DNA from: Burkholderiaceae bacterium | Lineage (GTDB): Bacteria > Pseudomonadota > Gammaproteobacteria > Burkholderiales > Burkholderiaceae_C | Length of the DNA stretch: 64,000 nt | Direction: 5' to 3' | NCBI GenBank assembly: GCA_030654805.1 | Contig: JAURWR010000127.1 | Location: 26,944-90,943, forward strand | In this document: positions 9,501 to 17,974 of the stretch, piece after piece | How positions within the stretch are numbered: position 1 is the stretch's first letter | Layout of the letters: every line of letters begins with the position of its first letter | Notes under the pieces: generated by a model | Databases searched by the model: none | Seen by the model: only the letters and a program-made list of their open reading frames with translations | Told to the model about the DNA's origin: nothing | Program-made: the position numbers and the translations under genes

Positions 9501-12457
9501 TGCCGCACGAACTTCAGATCGCCGTTGACCACAGTGATGTTCAGCGCGACGGACGGCTTCCCTCGCCCGGCCGAACCCGTGTCCGGTTCGATGTCGAGCG
9601 TCGGCGTCAGGTCTGCGTCGAGCGGCGGGCGCGGCGAATTGCCCAGGCGTGCGGGCCGGCTGCGCACAGGGGCTGGCGCCAGAACCGCACCGCGTGTCGA
9701 GCCGATCTCGGCTTGAACCGGCAGGCGCCGGGTGCTGCCTTCGACCAGCAGGTCGAGGTAGGCGTCGTAGGCGCGGCGCTCGGCGGGCAGTGCGCCGTGC
9801 TCGCAGTCGACCTTCCAGGCGGGCACGCCCGGCAGCATCGCGCTCGCCAAGGGCACCCTGCCGTCACCCGCGTCGGGCGCGTTCAGGTAGACCAGCCCCG
9901 CGTCGCCGATCTCGTAGCCATCGGGCGTGAAGGCGGCGCCGCCCACCACCAGCACCAGTTGATCCTTGAATTGCGACAGCACCTGATCGCGCTGTTCGTC
10001 GAGTCGACGCCGCAGCGCGATCGCCTGGTCGAGGATGCCTTGTTCGGGCACGCCCCAGCGGTAGGCGTTGATCTGGCGACCGTCGTCATGCCACCAGTCA
10101 TGCGCGCGCACTTCGGCCAGATCGTTGTCGGCGAGCTTCTGCCAGGTCTCGCTGCGGTCGAGCCGGCGCGGGTCGTCGAGCAGCGCCATCTGCAACTGAA
10201 TGAAGCCGGGAAACTGCGCCATCAGCTGCCGGGTCGAATGGTCCTGGAACGGCGCGCCGAACGCGACCAGCGCATTGCCGAAGGTGTCGTCGCCCGACAG
10301 CACCTGCATCGGGGCCCACGACCCGCCATTGGGCGTGCCGAGCATCAGCAGTCGCGCACCGGGGCGCGCCATCATCTGCGCCCAGGTCGCCGGGCATTCG
10401 AGCTGCATCGTGCGCGCGACCAGGCCCCCCATCGAGTGCGCGACCATGCGCACCGGCTGGCCGCTCTTCTCGCGCGCGGCCATCGCCGCCTCGACCGCCC
10501 GACCCAGCCGCTGCGCTTCGAGCTCGATCGGCTTGCGCCAGTCGTACGAGAACTCGATGACCTCGTGCGTCCGTGAAAGAAACGTCACCAGATCGTCGTA
10601 GCTCGACCCGACCGGACCGTCGGGTTCGACGCTTCGGCCTGCCGGGTCGGGGTAGGCGAGTTTCTTCAGACCGTTGATCAATCGCCAGCCGAGCCAGATG
10701 CGCTTTCCGTCGACCTTGATGTGGCTGCCCAGGATGCCGGGCAGCACGAAGACGGCAGGTTTCTCCGAGGTCGCACCCGATGCGGTCGTCGCGTCTCCCT
10801 GATCTCCACCTCGCTTCGCCGCACCGCGCACGCCGCCCGCTGACTCGCCCGCAGACGACAACGGTCCGATCGCGCGCCAGCCCGTCGGTGCCTCCTGCGT
10901 CAATCCGTTGACCACGGCTTCGGCGGTGCGCTCGTTGGCGAAGTAGTTGAAGTGCGTGACCTGACCGCCCTGATCGAGCATGAAGCTCGCACCGTCGGCG
11001 CGCGGCACGCCGCCATACATCGAACGGGTCTGCACCACCAGATCGTTGTCGGTCCAGTAGAACGCATCGGCCATCAGCGTCTTCAGCCACGAGCCGATGC
11101 TGTCGCCTTCCAGATCGCCGGCAACCACCCGAAGCTGGCCGGGCACCGGCTCGTCGGCCGCATGCAGCCAGCGCACCAGGGGGCTGTCGGGAATCATCGC
11201 GGCGACGCCGGGCAACTGCGTCGGGTCGGCCCGCCGCTGCGCGACGCCGCCGATGAAGTCGACCAGTTCGGGCAGCACCGGAATCTGTGCCAGATCGAGC
11301 GCCCACTTGAAGATCGAGATGTAGGCATCGAAGCGACCGCTGGCCAGCAAGGTGCCGCGCGCCGGACAGGCTGCGCGCACGATGCGGTCGATGCTGATCC
11401 GATGATTCTGCAGGTGCGCGATCAGCAAACCCAGCACGCGCTTTTGCTCATCGAGCGCCCGTTGCAGCTTCTGGCGCGCGGCTGCGCCGAGGCCTTCGAT
11501 CATGTCGTCGGGCAGCTCGCCCACCATGAACAGTTCGGACGCCGCGTCGTCGAGTTGCTTCAAGCCTGCCGCCCGCGCCAGCACCTCGGCCACCAGCCCG
11601 CCGCGCGAATGGGTGACGAGGTGCAGCCGCGCCCCGGGCGGGCAGGCCAGCGCCAGCGTGTACGCGTTCTCTATCGGGCTCTTGCCCAACGTCGCGTGGT
11701 CCAGCGCATAGACGCGGTCGCTGTAATGGCTGAACAAGGTACGCACCCGTTGCGGGTGCTGCTGCCAGAGCTTGCCGAAGCCGCTCGACGTTTCCGAAAA
11801 CGTGCCGTGCACGAACACCAGCGTCGGTCCGCCATCGGCAGCGGCAGCCATCGCATCGACCGGGGTCACGCCCTTCAGCCGCGTCAACGTCTGTGCATTG
11901 AGCGCGTACACGCCCTCGACCACCTGACCGTCGATGCGCTGCACGATCTGATCGGCCGCGAAATCCTGGGCGTGCTCGCGCAGGGGGCCGGTCACGACCT
12001 CGATCGCCGACAGCAACACATCGCCCAGAAAACCACGGCTGGCGCCCCGTGAGCTGACGGCATGGGATTCCAGCCCTTCCCATCGCAACTGGGCTGGCAC
12101 ATTCACTTCACTGGGACCCGCCTCGGGAAGCACCTTGCCGCCAGCAGCGCGTGTGCTGCGCCGAGGGATGCCGGTCTGTGCCAGCATCAGATCGCGTGCG
12201 GTGTGCGGGTGCAGCACCAGCGTGGGCCCGTTCTCGATGTGCAGCACCACCATGTCGGTACCCGGCACGGCTTCGATGCGCAGCAAGTCGCCAGTGCCGC
12301 GCGTCGCGCCGACCCGCACCGATGCCTTGACGGTGCCAGGCAGACCCATGGCAGGCGAAGCAGGTGCAGCAGCCCCCCCTCGCTTCGAACCGCCATCGAG
12401 CCGGTGGCCGGCAACGACGAAAGTGACTGGTGTGCGTTCGTCCAGTGTGGCGGGCAT
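6584..12457 (-). CDS. giant multidomain protein: N-terminal domain, two alpha/beta-hydrolase (lipase-like) modules, macro-like domain, CHAT protease, C-terminal helical/TPR-like repeats
   Basis: Uninterrupted ORF. The track start at 12520 is GTG. The ATG at 12457 has GGAG 8 nt upstream and is preferred. Motifs, numbered from the track M1: LVFVHGTF + THSRGG (S305) + DNDLVVQTRS + THFNY; AVFVLPG + AHSMGG (S696) + GDGRVPLASA + CEHGA; CHAT dyad IVHIAGHG (H1447) and VFVNCCHLA (C1507/1508); TPR-like AIAWYERALAAND. Confidence 0.9.
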   Translation of the reverse strand: MPATLDERTPVTFVVAGHRLDGGSKRGGAAAPASPAMGLPGTVKASVRVGATRGTGDLLRIEAVPGTDMVVLHIENGPTLVLHPHTARDLMLAQTGIPRRSTRAAGGKVLPEAGPSEVNVPAQLRWEGLESHAVSSRGASRGFLGDVLLSAIEVVTGPLREHAQDFAADQIVQRIDGQVVEGVYALNAQTLTRLKGVTPVDAMAAAADGGPTLVFVHGTFSETSSGFGKLWQQHPQRVRTLFSHYSDRVYALDHATLGKSPIENAYTLALACPPGARLHLVTHSRGGLVAEVLARAAGLKQLDDAASELFMVGELPDDMIEGLGAAARQKLQRALDEQKRVLGLLIAHLQNHRISIDRIVRAACPARGTLLASGRFDAYISIFKWALDLAQIPVLPELVDFIGGVAQRRADPTQLPGVAAMIPDSPLVRWLHAADEPVPGQLRVVAGDLEGDSIGSWLKTLMADAFYWTDNDLVVQTRSMYGGVPRADGASFMLDQGGQVTHFNYFANERTAEAVVNGLTQEAPTGWRAIGPLSSAGESAGGVRGAAKRGGDQGDATTASGATSEKPAVFVLPGILGSHIKVDGKRIWLGWRLINGLKKLAYPDPAGRSVEPDGPVGSSYDDLVTFLSRTHEVIEFSYDWRKPIELEAQRLGRAVEAAMAAREKSGQPVRMVAHSMGGLVARTMQLECPATWAQMMARPGARLLMLGTPNGGSWAPMQVLSGDDTFGNALVAFGAPFQDHSTRQLMAQFPGFIQLQMALLDDPRRLDRSETWQKLADNDLAEVRAHDWWHDDGRQINAYRWGVPEQGILDQAIALRRRLDEQRDQVLSQFKDQLVLVVGGAAFTPDGYEIGDAGLVYLNAPDAGDGRVPLASAMLPGVPAWKVDCEHGALPAERRAYDAYLDLLVEGSTRRLPVQAEIGSTRGAVLAPAPVRSRPARLGNSPRPPLDADLTPTLDIEPDTGSAGRGKPSVALNITVVNGDLKFVRHPLMLGHYNSSHLTGTEAVVDRLIGGTMSESLALRQYPDLPGTHQFFANSGAHNGNPLQLPRPECVVVTGLGGEGNLRPSELAYTVQMGALALAQRIFEQPSDGITTCELAATLIGSGGAGISAGQAAQAIVQGVRDADVALGELNARLDARSGADRRRWPRIGHVHLIELYLDRASEAWRALYAQAQASPGRYRLSDTIQSGIGAMRRPLEGGYRGTGNDYIRATVALRPTGEAVIEYTVDTKKRARTERLEQPVQERLLRDLVAQASSDSNQDARIGRTLFNLLVPLELEPFLGGTTEMLLQVDRATSGIPWELLDTDTDAQGPGARPRESSIPWAIRAKLIRTLTTVAYRRGVVDARPDAHMLVIGEPQCDAAKYPPLPGARAEARAVHDLLLKQGGVLDGQVVGLFGADADSPGPGARTIINELMSRNWRIVHIAGHGEAPEDVDADSWDAEANSTSEAARSRLKNARGVVLSKGTFLGPCEIRSMRIVPELVFVNCCHLAARSPGQVMDVESHFDRARFASGVAEALIEIGVRCVVAAGWAVEDEPALKFATGFYGALLRGARFIDAVAQARLAAYAPDSNTWAAYQCYGDPDWQLKSADGAPQRPAPSLADEYAGVMSAPALALALETLAIESEHQGRNSEIQRARIRHLEAEFAPRWGGIGAVAEAFGVAWNAAGDADSAIAWYERALAANDSSASIKASEQWGNLRVQQAWRHVDPAVTAWHRFRKVKGQGAAEKAARAHLANIIPTARTEIGCALQLLNQLVSLQPTMERHSLCGSAYKRLAMIERASGDAAIDRAAEQQALRLMLASYSEAERLGRDAGLLDWYYPALNRLAAEVALGSLHTKGQPAGRTRSAPLDADRLASVRQALVVKTRDDPDFWSVVGLTGLRMYEAIAQGSLAEQRAAIERDYDVLQVRMPSIPKWKSILDQLDFVLEGALSSGVATEREAALGLISHVQAYIDAGA

Positions 12458-12642
12458 CGGAGCATCTCCTGAGCTTGTTGTGGTGCCGGCTTGACCAGCA
12501 GGGCCTTCCCGAGGATCCACCCAACGGCCTCAAGGGGCAAGTGCAGACGGGTTGCGGCTCAGGGATGCAGCGACGATAGATGCCTTCTGGTGCGCTCCAT
12601 CACGGGATTTTCCGGTGTGGCTTGCAGGTCGAACGTTTCCAA

Positions 12643-14484
12643 TCAACGTCCGGAGAACAGCCGAGGAAGTCCGGTGGCAAGGACCGGCACCCACGCAATG
12701 AGCATGGTTCCGATGAAGATCGCGAGCATGGCGGGCATCACCGACGTGGCCACATAGCGAATCGACTTGCCGAACATGGCCGACGCGAAATACAGGTTCA
12801 TGCCCGCCGGGGGACACAGGAATCCCACTTCCATCGCCGCCAGGAAGATGATCCCGAAATGCACCGGGTCGATCCCGTAGCTGAGCGCCAGCGGCAGCAG
12901 CAGCGGCACCAGCACGACGATGGCCGCGAAGATCTCCATCAACGCAGCCGCCGCGAACAGGAAGACGCACAGGGCCAGCATGAAGGCATAGCGATTCGGG
13001 ATCACGCCCCGGACCCACTCCACCGCGAGATCCGGAATCCCCGCGTCGACCAGGAAGTTGGTGAGGGCCAGGGCCATGCCCAGGATCAGCATCACGCCGC
13101 CGATCAACTGCGCGCATTCGGCCAGGCACTTGCCCAGCAGTCGCCGGTCCAGTTCGCGGTGAGCGATGGCCTGAGTCAGCACGGCGTAGGCGGCGGTCAG
13201 CGCTGCGCTTTCGGTGGGCGTGGCCAGGCCTCCCACCAGCGAGCCGATCGCCACCACCGGGGCCATCATTTCCCATTTGGCAGCCCACGCTGCTTTCGCT
13301 GCGTTCCGCAGCCCCGGCGCTGCTGGTAGCGTGGGGGTTGCAGGCCCGGCTGTCGTATCGCGTCGCAGGTACCCGCCGACCAGCAGCAGGCAGGCCACCA
13401 TCACCACGGCTGGCACCAGGCCAGCGAGCAGCATGTCCTTGATGGGCACCCGCGCGATGACGGCGTACATGATCAGCGGTACCGAAGGCGCCAGCAGCAC
13501 GCCCAGGGCGCTGGCGCTGGTGACCAGCCCGATGCCCCGCTGTTCGGGGTAGTTGGCATCTCGCAGCAACGGAAGCAACAGCCCACCCAGTGCCAGGATG
13601 GTGACGCCGCTGCCGCCGGTGACTGCGGTGAATGCCGAGCACAGGACGGCGGTTGCCAGGACCGTTCCCCGCACGCCACCGCCGAACAGCGCGAGAAACA
13701 GCGTCCCCAGCCGCCGTGCGGCTCCGGTGCGCGCAAAGATCAGACCCGCGAGCGTGAACAGCGGCAACGCCGGGAGCGACGGATTGACGGTGATCTGGTA
13801 GTGCGACAACGCGATGGATGCCGCCGGCAAGCCGTCGCCCCAGAACAGCGCCAGTGCCAGGCCGCCCAGTACCGCGAAGATCGGCGCACCTGTCAGCAAC
13901 ACGCACAGCAACCACACGAGGCCGGGCCAGAGCGGCACCGAGCCGCCATCGAAGGCGGTGGCCGCGGCCCAGCCCGCCAGCGGCAATCCCAGCGCGAACA
14001 ACGCTGCCCGTGGCCATGCACGGGCACAACGCGCCCCCAGTTTCACGCCGAGCAAAGCGAAACCCAGCGGCATGGATGCCTGTACCCACCAGACGGGCAC
14101 ACCATAGGCCAGCACCTGACCCGCCTCCATTTCGCTCGCCACGAAGCGCCAGCTGGCAAAGCTCAGCATTCCGCAGATGATCGAGGAGCTGCCCTGGGCG
14201 AATGCCCGGACCACCGACTGCACTCGGGGGTCTCCCCGCAGGCCGATGCCGCTTCCCAGCGTGCTCAGGTGGCCATGCCGTTCAGCGGCCACCGCGCCGA
14301 ACATCGCCAGAACCAGTCCGAGATGCTGAACCAGCACCGGGGCGTTCTCGACGCCTCGACCGTGCAGCGGCCGCAGCGCCATTTCGATCAACGGGATCAG
14401 CGTCATCAGCGCAAGCGCCGCCGCCGACAGCGGCTCGTCCATCCGCGCCCAGCCGCGCAGGCGATCGCGAAGCGAACGCGCCAA
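12643..14484 (-). CDS. TRAP transporter fused small/large permease (DctQ-DctM type)
   Basis: 613-aa polytopic membrane protein with a DctQ-like N-terminal part and a DctM-like remainder. The track start at 14484 is TTG, 1 nt after the dctP-like stop. An alternative ATG lies at 14442. Confidence 0.9.
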   Translation of the reverse strand: MARSLRDRLRGWARMDEPLSAAALALMTLIPLIEMALRPLHGRGVENAPVLVQHLGLVLAMFGAVAAERHGHLSTLGSGIGLRGDPRVQSVVRAFAQGSSSIICGMLSFASWRFVASEMEAGQVLAYGVPVWWVQASMPLGFALLGVKLGARCARAWPRAALFALGLPLAGWAAATAFDGGSVPLWPGLVWLLCVLLTGAPIFAVLGGLALALFWGDGLPAASIALSHYQITVNPSLPALPLFTLAGLIFARTGAARRLGTLFLALFGGGVRGTVLATAVLCSAFTAVTGGSGVTILALGGLLLPLLRDANYPEQRGIGLVTSASALGVLLAPSVPLIMYAVIARVPIKDMLLAGLVPAVVMVACLLLVGGYLRRDTTAGPATPTLPAAPGLRNAAKAAWAAKWEMMAPVVAIGSLVGGLATPTESAALTAAYAVLTQAIAHRELDRRLLGKCLAECAQLIGGVMLILGMALALTNFLVDAGIPDLAVEWVRGVIPNRYAFMLALCVFLFAAAALMEIFAAIVVLVPLLLPLALSYGIDPVHFGIIFLAAMEVGFLCPPAGMNLYFASAMFGKSIRYVATSVMPAMLAIFIGTMLIAWVPVLATGLPRLFSGR

Positions 14485-14485
14485 G

Positions 14486-15505
14486 CTACTGGCCCCGGCT
14501 CGCGCGATAGGCCTTCAGATGCACGAACACCTCGTCAAAGGTCTCCGCCGGAACCATGGTGCCGCGGATGCGCGGATAGAGGCGTTCGGCCAACTCGTTC
14601 CAGGCACGCATCTGGTCGGGGGTTGGTCGGTTCACAACCAGTCCACGCTTCTTCATCGCGGCCACCGCCTCATCGACCTCCTGCCGCGCCTGGCTGCGCA
14701 TCCGGATGCTGGCCTGCTCGCCGGCCACGCGCAGGGCCTGCTGGCCTGCCGGAGACATTTCGTCCCACGCCTTCTTCGTGACCACCAGCGCGCCGACGAT
14801 CGGTGCCCAGTTGAGCTCGAGCATGTTGGATGCCGTGCCGAAGATCTGGCTGGCCAGCGCGAAGTAAGGCGTCGACGGCACCACGTTGATCATGCCGGTC
14901 TGCAACGACGGCAGGATGTCGGCGGTCTCCAGCGGGACCGGCGTGTAACCCAGGCTCTTCATGATGGCCTGCTGCTCGGGTTCGGCGCCCCACGCGAAGA
15001 ACTTCATGCGCTTGTAGTCGTCGGGCAGGAACGCCGGATCCTTCGAGAAGAAGCGCACCCATCCGGCATCGCCCCAGCCGATCACCACGAAGCCGCGATC
15101 CAGGAAGCGCTTCTCCATCGCCGGGCGCATCTTTTCACGCACATGGTCCACCTCGTCCCAATTGCGGAACAGCAATGGAAGGTTCTGCAGCGCGGCAATG
15201 GACGGCTCGATCTCGCGCAGCCCCACCACCGACATCAGCGCCCCCTGAAGCTGCCCGATGCGCATGCGACGCGCCAGTTCGGCTTCGCCTCCCTGACTGC
15301 CATCGGTGAAGACCGCGAAGCGGGTGCTGCCACCCTGCGCGGCCCGCCAGGCCTCACCCAGCTCCAGCAGCTGCTGGTGGTACAGCGAGTTCTTGGGCAC
15401 CAGCGTGCCGATGCGCAGCTGAGTGGTCTGCGCTGCGGCGAGCATCGGCAGTGCAAGTGAGAGGCAGCCCAGCAAGGCGCTGGCGCGACGGCGTTTGATG
15501 TTCAT
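14486..15505 (-). CDS. TRAP transporter periplasmic substrate-binding protein (DctP/TatP type)
   Basis: ATG at 15505 (MNIKRRRASALLGCLSLALPMLAAAQ signal peptide) inside track ORF 14486..15742. DctP-like fold motifs. Confidence 0.9.
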   Translation of the reverse strand: MNIKRRRASALLGCLSLALPMLAAAQTTQLRIGTLVPKNSLYHQQLLELGEAWRAAQGGSTRFAVFTDGSQGGEAELARRMRIGQLQGALMSVVGLREIEPSIAALQNLPLLFRNWDEVDHVREKMRPAMEKRFLDRGFVVIGWGDAGWVRFFSKDPAFLPDDYKRMKFFAWGAEPEQQAIMKSLGYTPVPLETADILPSLQTGMINVVPSTPYFALASQIFGTASNMLELNWAPIVGALVVTKKAWDEMSPAGQQALRVAGEQASIRMRSQARQEVDEAVAAMKKRGLVVNRPTPDQMRAWNELAERLYPRIRGTMVPAETFDEVFVHLKAYRASRGQ

Positions 15506-15542
15506 GCGTGGAGTCGTTCCGGGCAAGATGGATGGGTCGGAT

Positions 15543-16436
15543 TCAGAACCGATCGTCAGCCGTGTCGAGCAGCCACTGCGCCCGTTCGCGCATGACTTCG
15601 TTGCTGAGGTTGCGGTGCAGCGCGCTGATGGCGAGGGCCTGGTGCAGCAGCGCCTCGAAGGCCGCGCGATCGCCCGACGACATCGCCAGCGACTCGGCCT
15701 TGGCCACGAAAACCCCGGCGTTGCGGCCTTGGCCGGCTTCAATGCCCTGGTCGAAATACGCCTCCGCCCTGAGCAGGCTGCCGCCTGGCCGCGCGGCCTC
15801 GAATGAGCCCATCAGCGAAGCCAGAGCACCGCTGCCGTGGCGGGGCTCGCTCAGCCAGGCCAGCGTTGCAAGCCGCGTCGCGAGCGGCAGATCAGCGACC
15901 ACGTCGGGCTTGTCCTTGGACAAGGCAATGCAGGCACCCCAGGAGGCGGCAGCCCAGTAGGCGACACCCACCTGATCCGCAGGCAGTCGCATGACGGGGC
16001 TGTCCCGATCCGCCGGCGTGTTGTTCAGCGCCTTCACCAAATCGGGATGGCTGAGTTCGAGTGCCGTCATGGCGTGTCGATGCGCCCGCCAGTAAAGCCG
16101 GGCCGCGCGATCCCGAAGTCGCTTCGCTGCCTTCGCGTCCTGCGCTTCAGTTCGGTCGGCCTCGAAGGATACGAACGCATAGGCGTATTGCGTGAATCCG
16201 CCGGCCACAGACTCGGCCAGCGGCAAGTGACCGGGCGTCTGGCGCAGCACCGATTCGGACAGCTTGAGATAGAAGGCGCTGGCCTCTCGCGCCAGCAGGA
16301 TGTCGTCCTCTTCTGACTGCCCCTGGATGGCGAGTTCGTCAGCGATGTTCCGGACCAACAGCATTCGGGGAGAGCAGGCACTGAGCAGCGCCACCAGCAA
16401 AGACAACGTGACGACGCGAGCGCAGAAAAAAGTCAA
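15543..16436 (-). CDS. TRAP transporter TatT-component family lipoprotein (TPR-like)
   Basis: Lipobox LLSAC in the signal peptide and a helical-repeat body resembling TatT proteins of TPR-protein-associated TRAP transporters. The start codon is TTG and is uncertain. Confidence 0.75.
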   Translation of the reverse strand: MTFFCARVVTLSLLVALLSACSPRMLLVRNIADELAIQGQSEEDDILLAREASAFYLKLSESVLRQTPGHLPLAESVAGGFTQYAYAFVSFEADRTEAQDAKAAKRLRDRAARLYWRAHRHAMTALELSHPDLVKALNNTPADRDSPVMRLPADQVGVAYWAAASWGACIALSKDKPDVVADLPLATRLATLAWLSEPRHGSGALASLMGSFEAARPGGSLLRAEAYFDQGIEAGQGRNAGVFVAKAESLAMSSGDRAAFEALLHQALAISALHRNLSNEVMRERAQWLLDTADDRF

Positions 16437-16748
16437 ACCTTCACCGTCGCTTTCCGTCGTCGAGCATCAAAGGCGCTATCGAGCTGCCGCACATGCGTAC
16501 GGGGCCATGGGGACTGGGGATGCTGCGTGTTCGTAACATCTCATTCATGGCTGAGGCCACTTCGCAGTTCGTTCAACCTACGCTACCGCGCGTTCGTGAA
16601 TCTGAAGTGACACGAAATCCCGATCTGTGCACAGGCAGTGCGACACATCGCGCGCGCACTGAAAGAGCGGCGGTCATCGGCGCAAGCAACTGTCACGGTC
16701 GGGTGTGCTAATCAGCACCTGCCTGCAGTCCACGAGGTCAACAGCGAC

Positions 16749-17618
16749 ATGCACAGGAAAGCGCTTGACGGAACACAGGGGGCCAGTGACTCCAGATCAC
16801 TGGAGGCAGCGGGCTGGCGGCTCGAGGACATGGATCTCACCGCGATCGACCTCCCCCTCGCGCTCGAGAGCGAGGCCGTCCTGCTGTTGCTGGTCGCTTC
16901 GTCCTTCATCGAGTCGGGCACCCACCTGTATGCGTCCAACCTGGTGGCTCACTTCGAGGGAGACCAGGAGGTGTCGGCGTGGCTTGCACAGCACTGGGAG
17001 CCCGAGGAGCTTCAGCACGGGCGCGCCCTGCGTGCCTACGTCACTTGCGTCTGGCCCGAATTCGACTGGGACCGAGCGCACGCCAGCTTCATCCAAAGTT
17101 ACCGACCGCTGTGCACGATGGGCAAGCTGGAGACGCGCAGGGGACTGGAGATGGCCGCGCGCTGCGTTGTCGAGACCGGCACGACGTCGCTGTACCGCGC
17201 GATCTCCGCTCATGTGCGCGAACCGGTGCTGCGCACGCTCCTTCGTCACATCAGCGAGGACGAGATCAGGCACTACAAGCACTTCTTCCGATATTTCCGA
17301 AAGTATCAAGAGCACGAGCGCAGCAGCCGCGTCGCTGTCTTCGGCGCACTGATCCGCCGGTCGGCCGAAATCAGCCGCGAGGACACCGACATCGGCCTGC
17401 GCTTTGCCTACGCCGAGCGCTGCCTCGGTTCCAGCAATACGGAGCGGACCCTTGACGAGGTGCGAAGCGCTGTCCGCGCGCTCCTTCGCCACAGCGTTCC
17501 CGTTTCCCTGGCCAGTGCAATGTGGCTGCGACCGCTGCAACTGGCTCCGTATGCCGAGCAGCCAGCGCGACGGGTCTTCACGCTCGCTGCGTGGGCTTCC
17601 ATGGCTTGCCTGGCATGA
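16749..17618 (+). CDS. ferritin-like di-iron domain protein
   Basis: Two ExxH motifs (EELQHGRAL, EDEIRHYKHF) in a helical protein. ATG at 16749 follows GAGG. An alternative ATG lies at 16830. Confidence 0.7.
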   Translation: MHRKALDGTQGASDSRSLEAAGWRLEDMDLTAIDLPLALESEAVLLLLVASSFIESGTHLYASNLVAHFEGDQEVSAWLAQHWEPEELQHGRALRAYVTCVWPEFDWDRAHASFIQSYRPLCTMGKLETRRGLEMAARCVVETGTTSLYRAISAHVREPVLRTLLRHISEDEIRHYKHFFRYFRKYQEHERSSRVAVFGALIRRSAEISREDTDIGLRFAYAERCLGSSNTERTLDEVRSAVRALLRHSVPVSLASAMWLRPLQLAPYAEQPARRVFTLAAWASMACLA

Positions 17619-17746
17619 GAGACACCGAGCGAAGCTTGCGACTGGCTGGTTCGCGGTATTGAAGCGGACGCAACGTTCCGGGCTCCGGCTCGTTCGATCG
17701 ACCGATCAGCGCACCCGGGCCATCGTGACCTGCGGCCCCGAGACAG

Positions 17747-17974
17747 TCAGGTCGCTGCAGCGTAATCGCAGACCACCGCAAAGCGCTTGTGCTGCTCCAC
17801 CGTCAGATGGACTCGCTGGCCGGGTTTCAGGGATTCGAGGCCGACTCCGTGCGTGCTCCGCGTCACCGTCCAGTCACGGTGGTCGTCACCCACCAGGTAG
17901 GCCATTCCCAATCCGGGCATCACTCCCTCGACTGTGGCGTCGACGGTCAATGTTGACATTACGCGATGAGGCAT
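17747..17974 (-). CDS. small hypothetical protein (75 aa)
   Basis: ATG at 17974 preceded by AGGAG at 9-nt spacing. No recognisable motif. Confidence 0.4.
   Translation of the reverse strand: MPHRVMSTLTVDATVEGVMPGLGMAYLVGDDHRDWTVTRSTHGVGLESLKPGQRVHLTVEQHKRFAVVCDYAAAT

Noticed and set aside
12521-16436. Treating the TRAP transporter as part of the giant CHAT-lipase system
   Set aside because: The only evidence is same-strand adjacency with a 122-bp gap. TRAP components form a complete, self-sufficient unit. It is kept as a low-interest note only.
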